Shown: positions 17,430 through 26,502 of the stretch, one piece after another | How the letters are laid out: every line of letters begins with the position of its first letter | Position numbering within the stretch: the first letter of the stretch is position 1 | NCBI GenBank assembly: GCA_021463465.1 | Contig: JAJTYH010000002.1 | Location: forward strand, 201,799-265,798 | DNA: 64,000 nt | Reading direction: 5' to 3' | Source: a bacterium | GTDB taxonomy: Bacteria; Patescibacteriota; Dojkabacteria; SC72 | Position numbers and translations under genes: made by a program | The notes under the pieces: generated by a model | What the model was told of the DNA's origin: nothing | Databases searched by the model: none | Seen by the model: the letters and a program-made list of their open reading frames with translations, nothing else

Positions 17430-19346
17430 ATGAGAAACTTTATCAAACCAACAATCCAAAGTTTATTGGAAAATATCTTCGAGAAATCTCAGCTTAAACA
17501 AATCCGTGAATTTGCTGAAAAAGAGCCTCTACTCAATCTAAAAACTCAAAAAACCGTATTTCCGGGTTCAAAGGAGACAGGAAAAGAAAATGTTGTACTG
17601 CCAGAAGTTGAGGTAACAACAAATCTTCCATTAAGTCATGACAAATTGCTACTAAACTCCACAGGGCAAAATGAGTGGCGAAGAGCTATTGGCTTTAGTC
17701 CATTGAATACACCTCAAACCAGAGAACGCATTGATAAGGGAGCAATGGTTATGGTTGTGAAATCAAAGGATGTCACAGCAATTGGAGTTAACCGACCCTC
17801 CACGCTAACATATCATCTTCCGCAAGATGCAAGTGCTATTTCTATTATGGAAGTTGACGGTGAATCAGTAATTGGTCTCCAGGTGGCAGATGGTACGACA
17901 TTCTTGGAGCTTGGAGATACAGAAATTCAAGCATGTAAGAGGCCGATTACAGGTGGAGATAAAATTACAAATCGCACTTCAAAAGTTCATTGCGATAGTG
18001 ATAGATGGGCGCACTTTGTTGCAAGAACTTCTGCGACAATAGGCTTACAAGGAGCTCAAAAGGGTTCAGGAACAATCAAAGGGATCTCGGAGAGTGACAG
18101 AGATAAGCTCGTGGAAGAAAATGGGGTTGGATCTTCAACCGCGCAATCATTATCAATTAAACGTACTGAAAAAGGTTATCATGCTCAAATAGTTGGGACA
18201 GGGGCAGAAAGAGATTTTGGCCAAATCTTCGTTGGGACTGACAAAAGAGCTGACCAGCTTGCACTTCTACCAAATATGGAAAATATTAGCCCCATGAATT
18301 CTAGCTCAAGGGTGCTTGGACTGGTTGGGAGGGAGCGGCTAATCCAACCAACTTTGGATGCCGATTTCGAAGCGGGCACTGCTTTTATTCTGACCTCTGA
18401 CGGTTTTTCACTAAAAAGTCCTCAAATAGGAGAGCTTTTAATCGATTATGCAAAAAACAAAACATCGGAACAGATTATACAAATTCTTCAAGACGCAAAA
18501 ATGCTTGATCTATTATTTGCGCACCCAGATGGAAAGAGACCCGCAAAAGACGATGGAACTCTTTGGTTAGTACTCCTTAACGACCAGGAAAAAGCTCAGT
18601 CTGAAGTTAATCAAAACTTACTCTTAGATGATTTACTTCATAAGGCCAAAGCTCTGTCAAACCTTTTTCCCAAAGCAGCAGAACAGATAAATAGAAGATT
18701 AGAAGAAATAAGGGCTCTTACTGATGAGATACTTCAATGGGTGGAATCAAGAACAAGTGACAGTGTAAGTGTAAATGATTTAAAAGATATTCAAAAAGCA
18801 ACTGAACAGGCCTTAGCAGCTGAAGCAGAACAAAAGGAACTAGAAAAAGAACTGGAATTAGTAAATGAAAGCAAAGTTCTTTTACAACATCATACCCTTA
18901 GTAATCAATATTACTCTGCGGCAATGCTAGATACAGTCGTATCGTTACGCAATGTTATAGGAACTGGAGAAGTTACGAGTAAAATTCTAGCGGAGTGCAT
19001 AGCTACTATTTCATCCGCCTTAAATGGTAACAAGAATATTAAAATTACCAATCAAAAACTCGTAAAGGTTGTTTTCGACGAGTTACTCGAAAAGAGACTA
19101 GCAATAACTAAAGAAGAGAAGTTTTTTGAAACTTTGACCAAATGGATTCAAGATCCTTCACAAGAAAATACTAAGGCTCTGAAATCGCAAATAAGTATTT
19201 CTCTTCCTCATTTAAATTCACTCACTCGCATAATACATAGCGAAGAAGATCAATTTAAAACTAAAGAGTACTTGTATTACTTAGAATATTCAAAAAAATT
19301 AGTACCTACTTGGAAAAACTTAGTAAATACCAAAATTAACGACTAA
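17430..19346 (+). CDS. Protein with a divergent PP2C/PPM phosphatase-like domain and C-terminal helical region
   Basis: FILTSDGF and KDDGTLWLVL match the C-terminal PPM metal-binding motifs; N-terminal motifs unclear; start could be 17352. Confidence 0.55.
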   Translation: MRNFIKPTIQSLLENIFEKSQLKQIREFAEKEPLLNLKTQKTVFPGSKETGKENVVLPEVEVTTNLPLSHDKLLLNSTGQNEWRRAIGFSPLNTPQTRERIDKGAMVMVVKSKDVTAIGVNRPSTLTYHLPQDASAISIMEVDGESVIGLQVADGTTFLELGDTEIQACKRPITGGDKITNRTSKVHCDSDRWAHFVARTSATIGLQGAQKGSGTIKGISESDRDKLVEENGVGSSTAQSLSIKRTEKGYHAQIVGTGAERDFGQIFVGTDKRADQLALLPNMENISPMNSSSRVLGLVGRERLIQPTLDADFEAGTAFILTSDGFSLKSPQIGELLIDYAKNKTSEQIIQILQDAKMLDLLFAHPDGKRPAKDDGTLWLVLLNDQEKAQSEVNQNLLLDDLLHKAKALSNLFPKAAEQINRRLEEIRALTDEILQWVESRTSDSVSVNDLKDIQKATEQALAAEAEQKELEKELELVNESKVLLQHHTLSNQYYSAAMLDTVVSLRNVIGTGEVTSKILAECIATISSALNGNKNIKITNQKLVKVVFDELLEKRLAITKEEKFFETLTKWIQDPSQENTKALKSQISISLPHLNSLTRIIHSEEDQFKTKEYLYYLEYSKKLVPTWKNLVNTKIND

Positions 19347-19406
19347 TTTACTTGTCCATACCACAAGAGTATAATCCCTCAATAATTACAAAAAACAATT
19401 AAAGTT

Positions 19407-21011
19407 ATGGCACCAAGACCCATAACTGCCCCACTAGAATTAGTTTCCCAGTTAGAGCAATTCAAAGAACACACACGTAATGGTGAAGATTTAACTGCAG
19501 AAGGTTTGACTACAACAATAAAAGCTTTTTCAAAAGCTATAAAGGTTGGATTTGAGGGTGCATCTGAATTCCTTTCAGAAGAAGCTGAACTTTCAAGAGA
19601 TGAGTTTTTCGCGGAGTATGTGCACTGGAGCGACAATGTTTTAGCCCTGGCCTTAAAACAAAAAGGAATAGACAGAGTTCTGGTTTCCACTCCAACGGGA
19701 ATTCAGGGCGCCGGTAAAGGAACATACGGTGACACTCTTCAAGTACTTGCACAGGAACTTGTCGAAGAAATGGCGTCTGGACAACCTAAAAAATACAAAC
19801 AACTGGTTACTCAACCTGACGCAATCACAGAGAAATGTGTTGCCCGAGCGAGATCACAAGAAGTAAAAACGGGTACAGGAGGAATTTTTAACCATAAAAA
19901 CACAAGATCTGAGATAACTACAGACGAAGAACGCGAATATTTCGATCTCTTCAATGATATGAAAAATGCAATGGGTGCTGCAAAGGGCGTTTTTGTAGAG
20001 AACAATATTGTAGCCATTGCATTAAACCTTTATATGGCATTAAAAGTAATGCAGAATGAGGAAGGTATAAGTTCATTCAATATCGACCTCTATCCAAGAT
20101 CTCAGCGTCAGATTGAACTTTTAGAACAGACAACTGGAACACTCCAAGACAACGGGATAGTCCTTGAACATAGCACTATTGATTTTAAACTCCTCAATGA
20201 AGAACAGGTCCAACAGTTACTAAGATACAAAAACAGCGCTCTTGCAATTCTCCCAAAGGTACAAGAAGGTTTTACAACTGTAATTAAAAGGGTCGAAGAA
20301 GTATTTAGAAGCCACTCAGATGATTACACCTTTGATGAACTACGAAAAGATCTGACCGGTATTATAATGAGTGCTTCAGAAGGCGAAACTGATGCAATGA
20401 GAGCAGCTGAGTTGATGCTAAATGAGTGTTTAAGTGCAGCAAATAGAACAGAAAAACGTGGCAAAGAGTCCAAACGACCAGACGATCGTCCAATACCACT
20501 CCTAAAACGATTAAAAGATTACTTTGCCAAGTCATTTGCCATACCATTCCTATTCGAAAACCCTATGATGTTTGCCACAGACTACAAACCCGAAGAGGTT
20601 GCAAGAAAAGTCTTTTGTAAGTATTTCAGTATTGAACATTCTGCACCAGAACTTCAAAATGGCGGTAAGTACTATGATCTTTACAGAAGATACCAATACT
20701 TAGCCGCATGCAAAGTGTATGGAGAGTTTAAAGGTGACTTAGAGCTCAGACAAATAAAAAGGGAAAAGCCTGATTCAACTGAGTTGATTTACTGGGGAGA
20801 AGCTGGGAATGTAATATTTTATTCGTTCATTCAAAAACCTGGTGGTAACTCAGTTATGTACACAATAGGACATAAAGGAACTACTTTTACAGAAGATATC
20901 CCAGGATTAGCTAATACACTTAAGCTAGAAATTCCACAAACCCAAACAATTGCTGAGTTTATTGAGAATAATCCTCCACTTTGGTATCAACTAGAAGGTA
21001 TCTTCATTTAA
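19407..21011 (+). CDS. Enlarged adenylate/NMP-kinase-like P-loop protein
   Basis: GIQGAGKGT P-loop, TGGIF, IDLYPRSQRQ (cf. LDGFPRT..Q), KRPDD..LLKRLKDY. Confidence 0.6.
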   Translation: MAPRPITAPLELVSQLEQFKEHTRNGEDLTAEGLTTTIKAFSKAIKVGFEGASEFLSEEAELSRDEFFAEYVHWSDNVLALALKQKGIDRVLVSTPTGIQGAGKGTYGDTLQVLAQELVEEMASGQPKKYKQLVTQPDAITEKCVARARSQEVKTGTGGIFNHKNTRSEITTDEEREYFDLFNDMKNAMGAAKGVFVENNIVAIALNLYMALKVMQNEEGISSFNIDLYPRSQRQIELLEQTTGTLQDNGIVLEHSTIDFKLLNEEQVQQLLRYKNSALAILPKVQEGFTTVIKRVEEVFRSHSDDYTFDELRKDLTGIIMSASEGETDAMRAAELMLNECLSAANRTEKRGKESKRPDDRPIPLLKRLKDYFAKSFAIPFLFENPMMFATDYKPEEVARKVFCKYFSIEHSAPELQNGGKYYDLYRRYQYLAACKVYGEFKGDLELRQIKREKPDSTELIYWGEAGNVIFYSFIQKPGGNSVMYTIGHKGTTFTEDIPGLANTLKLEIPQTQTIAEFIENNPPLWYQLEGIFI

Positions 21012-22281
21012 GCGGATGCTTATCTTTGTGAGTATCTGAAGCAAATTTGTCAGATGCATGCACATACCTTGTTGTTGTATTAAGGCTTTCATGACCTAAC
21101 AGGACTTGAATTGCAGCTGGATTAGCACCATTTTCAGCCAAATATGTAGCAAAGCCATGCCTCAGACTGTGAGCTGAAGTGGGAACTAAAATACCCAGTC
21201 TACGCCTATACTGCGCGATTTTCTCTTGAAAGTAGTTTGAAGATATTCGCATATTTTCTTTCTTTTTTCCTCTTCCAGAGAATGGAATAAACAGAGCAGG
21301 GGAGTCAAACTTCGTAAGGAAGTTATTTTTCCTAAAGTCTTCTACTAGAGCTATAAAACGGTAGGAGTGATTTCCATCAGAAACAGCGGCCATCAGCTCA
21401 GAGCCTTTCAATGTTTCACGCTCCGTGTCATGAATATGCTTTAAGCGCACTTCTAAATACTTATCTAACCAACTCATGGCCCTTGGTGTCATGTATACGA
21501 AACGTTGCTTTTTCCCTTTACCTAAAATAAAAAGCTTACCATCCAAATTTACTTGATCCAAGTTAAGGCCAATCAGTTCTGAAATACGCATACCTGTTGA
21601 AAAAAGTAGCTCTAGCATTGCACGATTGCGCACACTTACTTCATAATCCTTTTCAAATTCGCTCGGTGCTTCAATTAAGCTAATCAATTCATCCAGCTCA
21701 GCAACCTGAGACTTTTTCTTCTCAGCCTTAATTAGTTTAATTGCATCCGGCGCAATTGGAATTTCTAAATCTCTATCAATTCTAAATTTTAAATACGAAC
21801 GAATCGCAGATAACATTCGATTCACACTTCGAGCATCCAAACCCGTAGTCGACCTCGCGGAAGCGTTTTGGGGTTTGTTTGACATTCCCAGACTGCCAAA
21901 GACTTTTTTATATACATTATCGAGAAAACCAGGCTGATCCATAGGTGTTGTTAGAGCACCTGATACCTCTTCATCGCTTTTAGGGCCATCGTAGCCCGTC
22001 GCTGGACTTTGTACCGTACTATCAAGCTTTCTAAGACTTTCAGCTCTGAATTTATCCAAATCTTTCAAATGTTCGCCACTTCGAAGATAACCTTTATAAA
22101 TAGTAATCTCTTCTTTGGAGAGTTTAAGGAATTGGACATCTTTGAAATGTAAAAAGACTGCAAAGATAGATAGGTCCCTGGCATAGTTGAAGACTGTCTG
22201 CATACTGTAGTTATTATTCTGAAGATCTAAAAGGAATTTGTCCTGTTCTGGTAGCTTAGGGATTGTTATGTTTTTGGACAT
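21004..22281 (-). CDS. Xer-family tyrosine recombinase with two insertions
   Basis: TVFNYARDL, RSVNRMLSAIRSY, RNRAMLELLFSTGMRISEL, GKGKKQR, HSLRHGFAT, LLGH, TTRY. Confidence 0.92.
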   Translation of the reverse strand: MSKNITIPKLPEQDKFLLDLQNNNYSMQTVFNYARDLSIFAVFLHFKDVQFLKLSKEEITIYKGYLRSGEHLKDLDKFRAESLRKLDSTVQSPATGYDGPKSDEEVSGALTTPMDQPGFLDNVYKKVFGSLGMSNKPQNASARSTTGLDARSVNRMLSAIRSYLKFRIDRDLEIPIAPDAIKLIKAEKKKSQVAELDELISLIEAPSEFEKDYEVSVRNRAMLELLFSTGMRISELIGLNLDQVNLDGKLFILGKGKKQRFVYMTPRAMSWLDKYLEVRLKHIHDTERETLKGSELMAAVSDGNHSYRFIALVEDFRKNNFLTKFDSPALFIPFSGRGKKKENMRISSNYFQEKIAQYRRRLGILVPTSAHSLRHGFATYLAENGANPAAIQVLLGHESLNTTTRYVHASDKFASDTHKDKHPLK

Positions 22282-22461
22282 AGAGTAGGGGTCTAAAATT
22301 ATATTTTTACTAGGCTAGAAATACAGTGAATAAACCGATAACTTAGATATTCATAGCACGCAAAAGAGAAAAGTTTAATCAAAAACGCTAAAGGTAAGAA
22401 TGTTAGAAATCTGTTGTAAGAAAGCATATTTTATGCAGTACTATATATTTCCCGTACTTAA

Positions 22462-22489
22462 ACCGCATATAAGGGCGATTATACTCGGT
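22462..22489. other. Candidate dif-like tyrosine-recombinase site (11-6-11)
   Basis: ACCGCATATAA-GGGCGA-TTATACTCGGT; arms match at 9 of 11 positions as inverted repeat; TAA-N6-TTA core as in dif; 180 bp upstream of the xer gene. Confidence 0.6.
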
Positions 22490-22630
22490 AATATTAACTC
22501 GATTTATTTGCCCAGTCAAGCGGGAGAGGCTACTTCACTCTTACTAATCACACATAAAAATCCATGAAAGTATTTTTCGATTATTGGTTACCATTTATAA
22601 CCCATTTAGCATTTGGAAGTAAGCAGAAAC

Positions 22631-22639
22631 TTATCCACA
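22631..22639 (+). promoter_or_regulatory. Single perfect DnaA-box sequence
   Basis: TTATCCACA in a long intergenic region. Confidence 0.3.
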
Positions 22640-22717
22640 CCGCTAAGAAACTATAGGCCGTACAGGGGGTGACGTACTACAGGTCCTTTGTTTCACTACC
22701 CCTACTCCCCACTGAAC

Positions 22718-23518
22718 CTACCTGATAAAAAATCCCAAACCAAATGCCACAACCGTCATTGCAAAAAACTCAAACTTTTGAAGTGATGAAAGGTTTTCTA
22801 CTGTAAGAATGCTGATAATTGAATATGCCACTACTGCAGGAATAAGAGAGAGTACCAAGGAGTTACCACCTACTATCATTAACAGTAATGCACTAATCAG
22901 AACCGAGATCAAAATAAGACGAAGACTCTTCCAAAGCTGATTTCTAGGTATACCTAAGTGCCTAATGTGTGTCAGGATTAACGCTGAAAACATAACAGCA
23001 AAAAGGATAATCGTAACATAAGGATTTAGCTGACTTTCTAATATGAAATATGTAGAGAAATATATACTCAGTAAGGTCAACAGAAACGAAGTTGTCTTCC
23101 CTACTTGCATTAATGGAATCTCCTTAAAATGTCCTACATTAAATATATTAGCCATCAAAAAAGAAGCATAGGTTGAAAAGAACATTAAGCCTGATATCCC
23201 GACTAGAATTGCTATTTCATAAACCCTCCCTACTCTCCTGAAAATAAACATCTCCACAAGCATTGAAAGTACAAAAACAATCAATGAAGCCTGAGAAAGT
23301 ACATAGACCATACTCCTAAGTGTTACTTGGAACTTAAAGGCCCACAGAAGCCCAATATATGATGCTACACCAATAAAAAGACTATTAAGATATACATGAA
23401 AGATACTCAAAGTATCTGACTGTTGGCTTACCTTAAAGAAAAATACAAGAAGAGTCGTTAAGGCTGCAACTATAATTATCCTACCCCGTTTGTCATTATC
23501 ACCAATACCTGTTTGCAT
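22718..23518 (-). CDS. Polytopic membrane protein of unknown function
   Basis: About 9 hydrophobic segments; directly downstream of ruvB. Confidence 0.75.
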   Translation of the reverse strand: MQTGIGDNDKRGRIIIVAALTTLLVFFFKVSQQSDTLSIFHVYLNSLFIGVASYIGLLWAFKFQVTLRSMVYVLSQASLIVFVLSMLVEMFIFRRVGRVYEIAILVGISGLMFFSTYASFLMANIFNVGHFKEIPLMQVGKTTSFLLTLLSIYFSTYFILESQLNPYVTIILFAVMFSALILTHIRHLGIPRNQLWKSLRLILISVLISALLLMIVGGNSLVLSLIPAVVAYSIISILTVENLSSLQKFEFFAMTVVAFGLGFFIR

Positions 23519-23520
23519 AA

Positions 23521-24549
23521 CTAGATAATAGAACTTATACCCAAAATCTCAACTGCCCGTTTGATACCGCTCTCTGTCAACACTCTTCCGCGGGATGTTC
23601 GCTTGATAAAGCCACATTTCATTAAGAAAGGCTCATAAACCTCGCTAATAGTATCGACATCCTCTGAAAGTGAAGCTGCAAGAGTAGAAAGTCCCACTGG
23701 ACCACCGTTAAAATGTTGATACATCATGCTTATAATCTTTCGATCAATTGCCTCAAGCCCTTGATCGTCAACATTCAAGAGTTCAAGAGCTTTCCGACTC
23801 TCTGACAAGTCAATTCGCTTGCCCTGAGTAAAGTCTCTGACACGTTTTAACAACCGAAGAGCAATTCTTGCAGTTCCTCTAGCCCTTTTGGCTATCTCAT
23901 CCAATCCAATTTCATCGTACTCAATCCCCCACACATCCGCAGCTCGAACCAAAATCAGCTTTAAGTCTTGATCATCGAAGTAGTCCAGCCTTTGAATCAA
24001 ACCGAATCTATCTCTCATCGGAGAGCTAATTTTACCAATCTGCGTAGTCGCACCAATAAGAGTAAAAGGCTCAAGAGAGAGTCGGATAGTTTTTGCTGAC
24101 GGTCCTTTACCCATAACGATATCAATAACTCTGTCTTCCATAGCAGGATAAAGAACTTCTTCTACAGCTCGAGATAGACGATGAATTTCGTCAACAAAAA
24201 GAATATCATTAGCTTTTAAATTCGTTAAAATAGCAGCCAAATCCCCTTGCCTTTCAATTGCAGGACCAGATGTTACACGAAGAGAAGATCCTAACTCACT
24301 TGCAATTGCCATCGCAAAAGTAGTTTTACCCAGGCCAGGAGGGCCATAAAAGAGTATATGATCCAGCGAATCTCCTCTACTCTTCGCGCCTTTAATCATC
24401 ATCTGCACAGCCTGTTTCTCCTTTTTTCTACCGATTATTTCATCAAACTTATCAGGACGAATACCTCTATCAATGGATATATCTCCAGGTTGGCTTTGAA
24501 TCGGGGATGGCTTGATTTTACTTTTTGGTTTTAAACTGGATTCAATCAA
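23521..24549 (-). CDS. ruvB: Holliday junction branch migration helicase RuvB
   Basis: IRP..FDE, GPPGLGKTT, TSGPAIER, FVDEIHRL, EEVLYPAMED, RDRFG, EPFL..RTSRGR. Confidence 0.98.
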   Translation of the reverse strand: MIESSLKPKSKIKPSPIQSQPGDISIDRGIRPDKFDEIIGRKKEKQAVQMMIKGAKSRGDSLDHILFYGPPGLGKTTFAMAIASELGSSLRVTSGPAIERQGDLAAILTNLKANDILFVDEIHRLSRAVEEVLYPAMEDRVIDIVMGKGPSAKTIRLSLEPFTLIGATTQIGKISSPMRDRFGLIQRLDYFDDQDLKLILVRAADVWGIEYDEIGLDEIAKRARGTARIALRLLKRVRDFTQGKRIDLSESRKALELLNVDDQGLEAIDRKIISMMYQHFNGGPVGLSTLAASLSEDVDTISEVYEPFLMKCGFIKRTSRGRVLTESGIKRAVEILGISSII

Positions 24550-25138
24550 CTCTCTTTGAGAACAATTTTAATTAACTCATCAATGCTTCCTACTTTATCA
24601 ACAAGTTTTCCGCCTTTTCAAGGTATCCTTTCAAAGCTTCACCTGAAAAACCTAGGGATTTCAAAGCTTCTGAAAGCTCTCTGTGCATCAGATTCCCTCC
24701 TACTCCACTTTTGCTCAATTTGAGGTCCAATCCCGTTAATCTGTTCTCCAAATCGACAACGATCTTTTGAGCTCCCTTACTACCTAAACCTGAAACTTTA
24801 GACAGACTCTGATGATCTTTATTAACAACAAAAGATGCCACGTCATCAACCGAATATGCCGACAGCACTGCTATCGCAATCTTGGGACCGATACCCGATA
24901 CTGTTAACAACAGTTCAAAGAAATCTCGCACCGATTCTGTAGCAAAGCCATAAAGGGTCTGACTGTCTTCCCTTACTTGAAAGCTTGTGAACAATTTGAC
25001 CAGATTACCTTGTACATAAGAGTCTTTTGCCAATACGATAACCCGATATCCTACCCCTGAATCGGTTAACACATCCACCATATTATATTTATCTCCAACC
25101 ACAATCTTCTCTACCTGACCTTTAAGAATACTAATCAT
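24546..25138 (-). CDS. ruvA: Holliday junction DNA-binding protein RuvA (apparent frameshift near the 3' end)
   Basis: GVGY, VREDSQTLYGF, VSGIGPKIA, GLGSKGAQKIVVDL, ALKSLGF; C-terminal SIDELIKIVLK is in another frame ending at 24546. Confidence 0.93.
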
Positions 25139-25150
25139 TTGAGTTAATAT

Positions 25151-25648
25151 TTAATTTACACCTTTGGCCATTTTATCCATTTTATGGTTATCAAAACAAC
25201 ATAGAGAAATCGCAATTGCATCTGCAGCATCATCCGGTTTAGGAATTTCATCTAAACCAAGCAGCATCTTTATGCTTGCTTGAACTTGTTTTTTATCTGC
25301 TCGACCATTCCCAGTCACACTACTTTTAACCTGAGGCGGGGTAAACTGCAAAACAGGAATATTTGCTTTTTGTAATCCTAACAGCACTACTCCTCTAGCC
25401 TCACCAACACTCATAGCAGTTTTTACATTATTATTAAAAAGTAGCAACTCCACACCTGCTTTTTCTGGCCGAAATTTCTGTAAAATCTGATCCAGATCCT
25501 CGCTTATCTCTACCAACCTTTCAGATTGACTCCGCTCCTTTTGTGTTGATATTACACCAAAGTCTATCAAGTTTGGTTTGCCGTTAATAAAATCAACAAT
25601 TGCCCAACCCGTAGTGGCTACACCTGGATCAATTCCTAGTATTCTCAT
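25151..25648 (-). CDS. ruvC: Crossover junction endodeoxyribonuclease RuvC
   Basis: ILGIDPG, EARGVV, VTGNGRADKKQV, PDDAADAIA. Confidence 0.98.
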   Translation of the reverse strand: MRILGIDPGVATTGWAIVDFINGKPNLIDFGVISTQKERSQSERLVEISEDLDQILQKFRPEKAGVELLLFNNNVKTAMSVGEARGVVLLGLQKANIPVLQFTPPQVKSSVTGNGRADKKQVQASIKMLLGLDEIPKPDDAADAIAISLCCFDNHKMDKMAKGVN

Positions 25649-25678
25649 GAAATGATTAACAATTTTAATCTCCGAAAT

Positions 25679-26449
25679 TTAGGCAACTAAATCGGTCCAA
25701 ACATTTTGAACGTCCTCGTAATCCTCTAACCCTTCTAGTGCTGCGACAGCCTTTTCAAGCTCTTCACCCACCAACTGCTTACTGGTCTTAGCAATTTTGG
25801 CTATTTGGGCTTTAGTAATGACATATCCCAAGCCTAAGATAGTATCTCTGACCTTACCTAAATCTTGAAAGTTAGTGTAGATATCCAAAGTTCCTTCTTC
25901 CCCTTCTGAAATATCATTAACACCCGAAATATCCATTAAGGCTAATGTGACAACATCTTTACCTTCCTCTTTATATTCATCTTCTTGTCCAAACTTAGCG
26001 GCCTTAACCATTTTGCCTGGCTTAACATTAATCCATCCAACCGTATCAAAATTCCAAGATACAGCACCAGTATCAGCCATATGACCGCCTAAATCCGAGA
26101 AAAGTTTACGCAAATCAGCTACGACCCTATTAGTGTTGGATGTAAGTACATCGACTATGATTGTAATACCACTAGGACCAAAACCTTCATACGAAGCCTC
26201 TTCCAACTGCTCACCACCACCAGCTCCAGTTCCTTTATCTATCGCCTTTTTGACATTGTCAGCAGAAAAACCCTCTCTTTTAGCTTCATCCAAAACCAAC
26301 CGAAGCGCTGGGTTCATTGATGGATCACCACCACCTTGCCGTGCAGCTAAGGTTATTTGTACTGAAAGGCGTGAGAAAACTTTACCCTTCTTAGCATCGT
26401 TAATAGCCTTCTTATGCTTTATTGTCGACCATTTACTGTGACCAGACAT
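25679..26449 (-). CDS. yebC: YebC/PmpR family protein
   Basis: MSGHSKWSTIKHKK, YEGFGPSG, DVQNVWTD; typical position upstream of ruvC. Confidence 0.96.
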   Translation of the reverse strand: MSGHSKWSTIKHKKAINDAKKGKVFSRLSVQITLAARQGGGDPSMNPALRLVLDEAKREGFSADNVKKAIDKGTGAGGGEQLEEASYEGFGPSGITIIVDVLTSNTNRVVADLRKLFSDLGGHMADTGAVSWNFDTVGWINVKPGKMVKAAKFGQEDEYKEEGKDVVTLALMDISGVNDISEGEEGTLDIYTNFQDLGKVRDTILGLGYVITKAQIAKIAKTSKQLVGEELEKAVAALEGLEDYEDVQNVWTDLVA

Positions 26450-26502
26450 CCGAAGAAAATCAAAAGTATATAGGTCAATTCTAGCAGAAAATACTCATAA
26501 AT

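Noticed and set aside
8044-22281. Prophage or integrative element with the tyrosine recombinase as integrase
   Set aside because: No phage structural, replication or conjugation genes; no att repeat or tRNA at the edges; recombinase looks Xer-like
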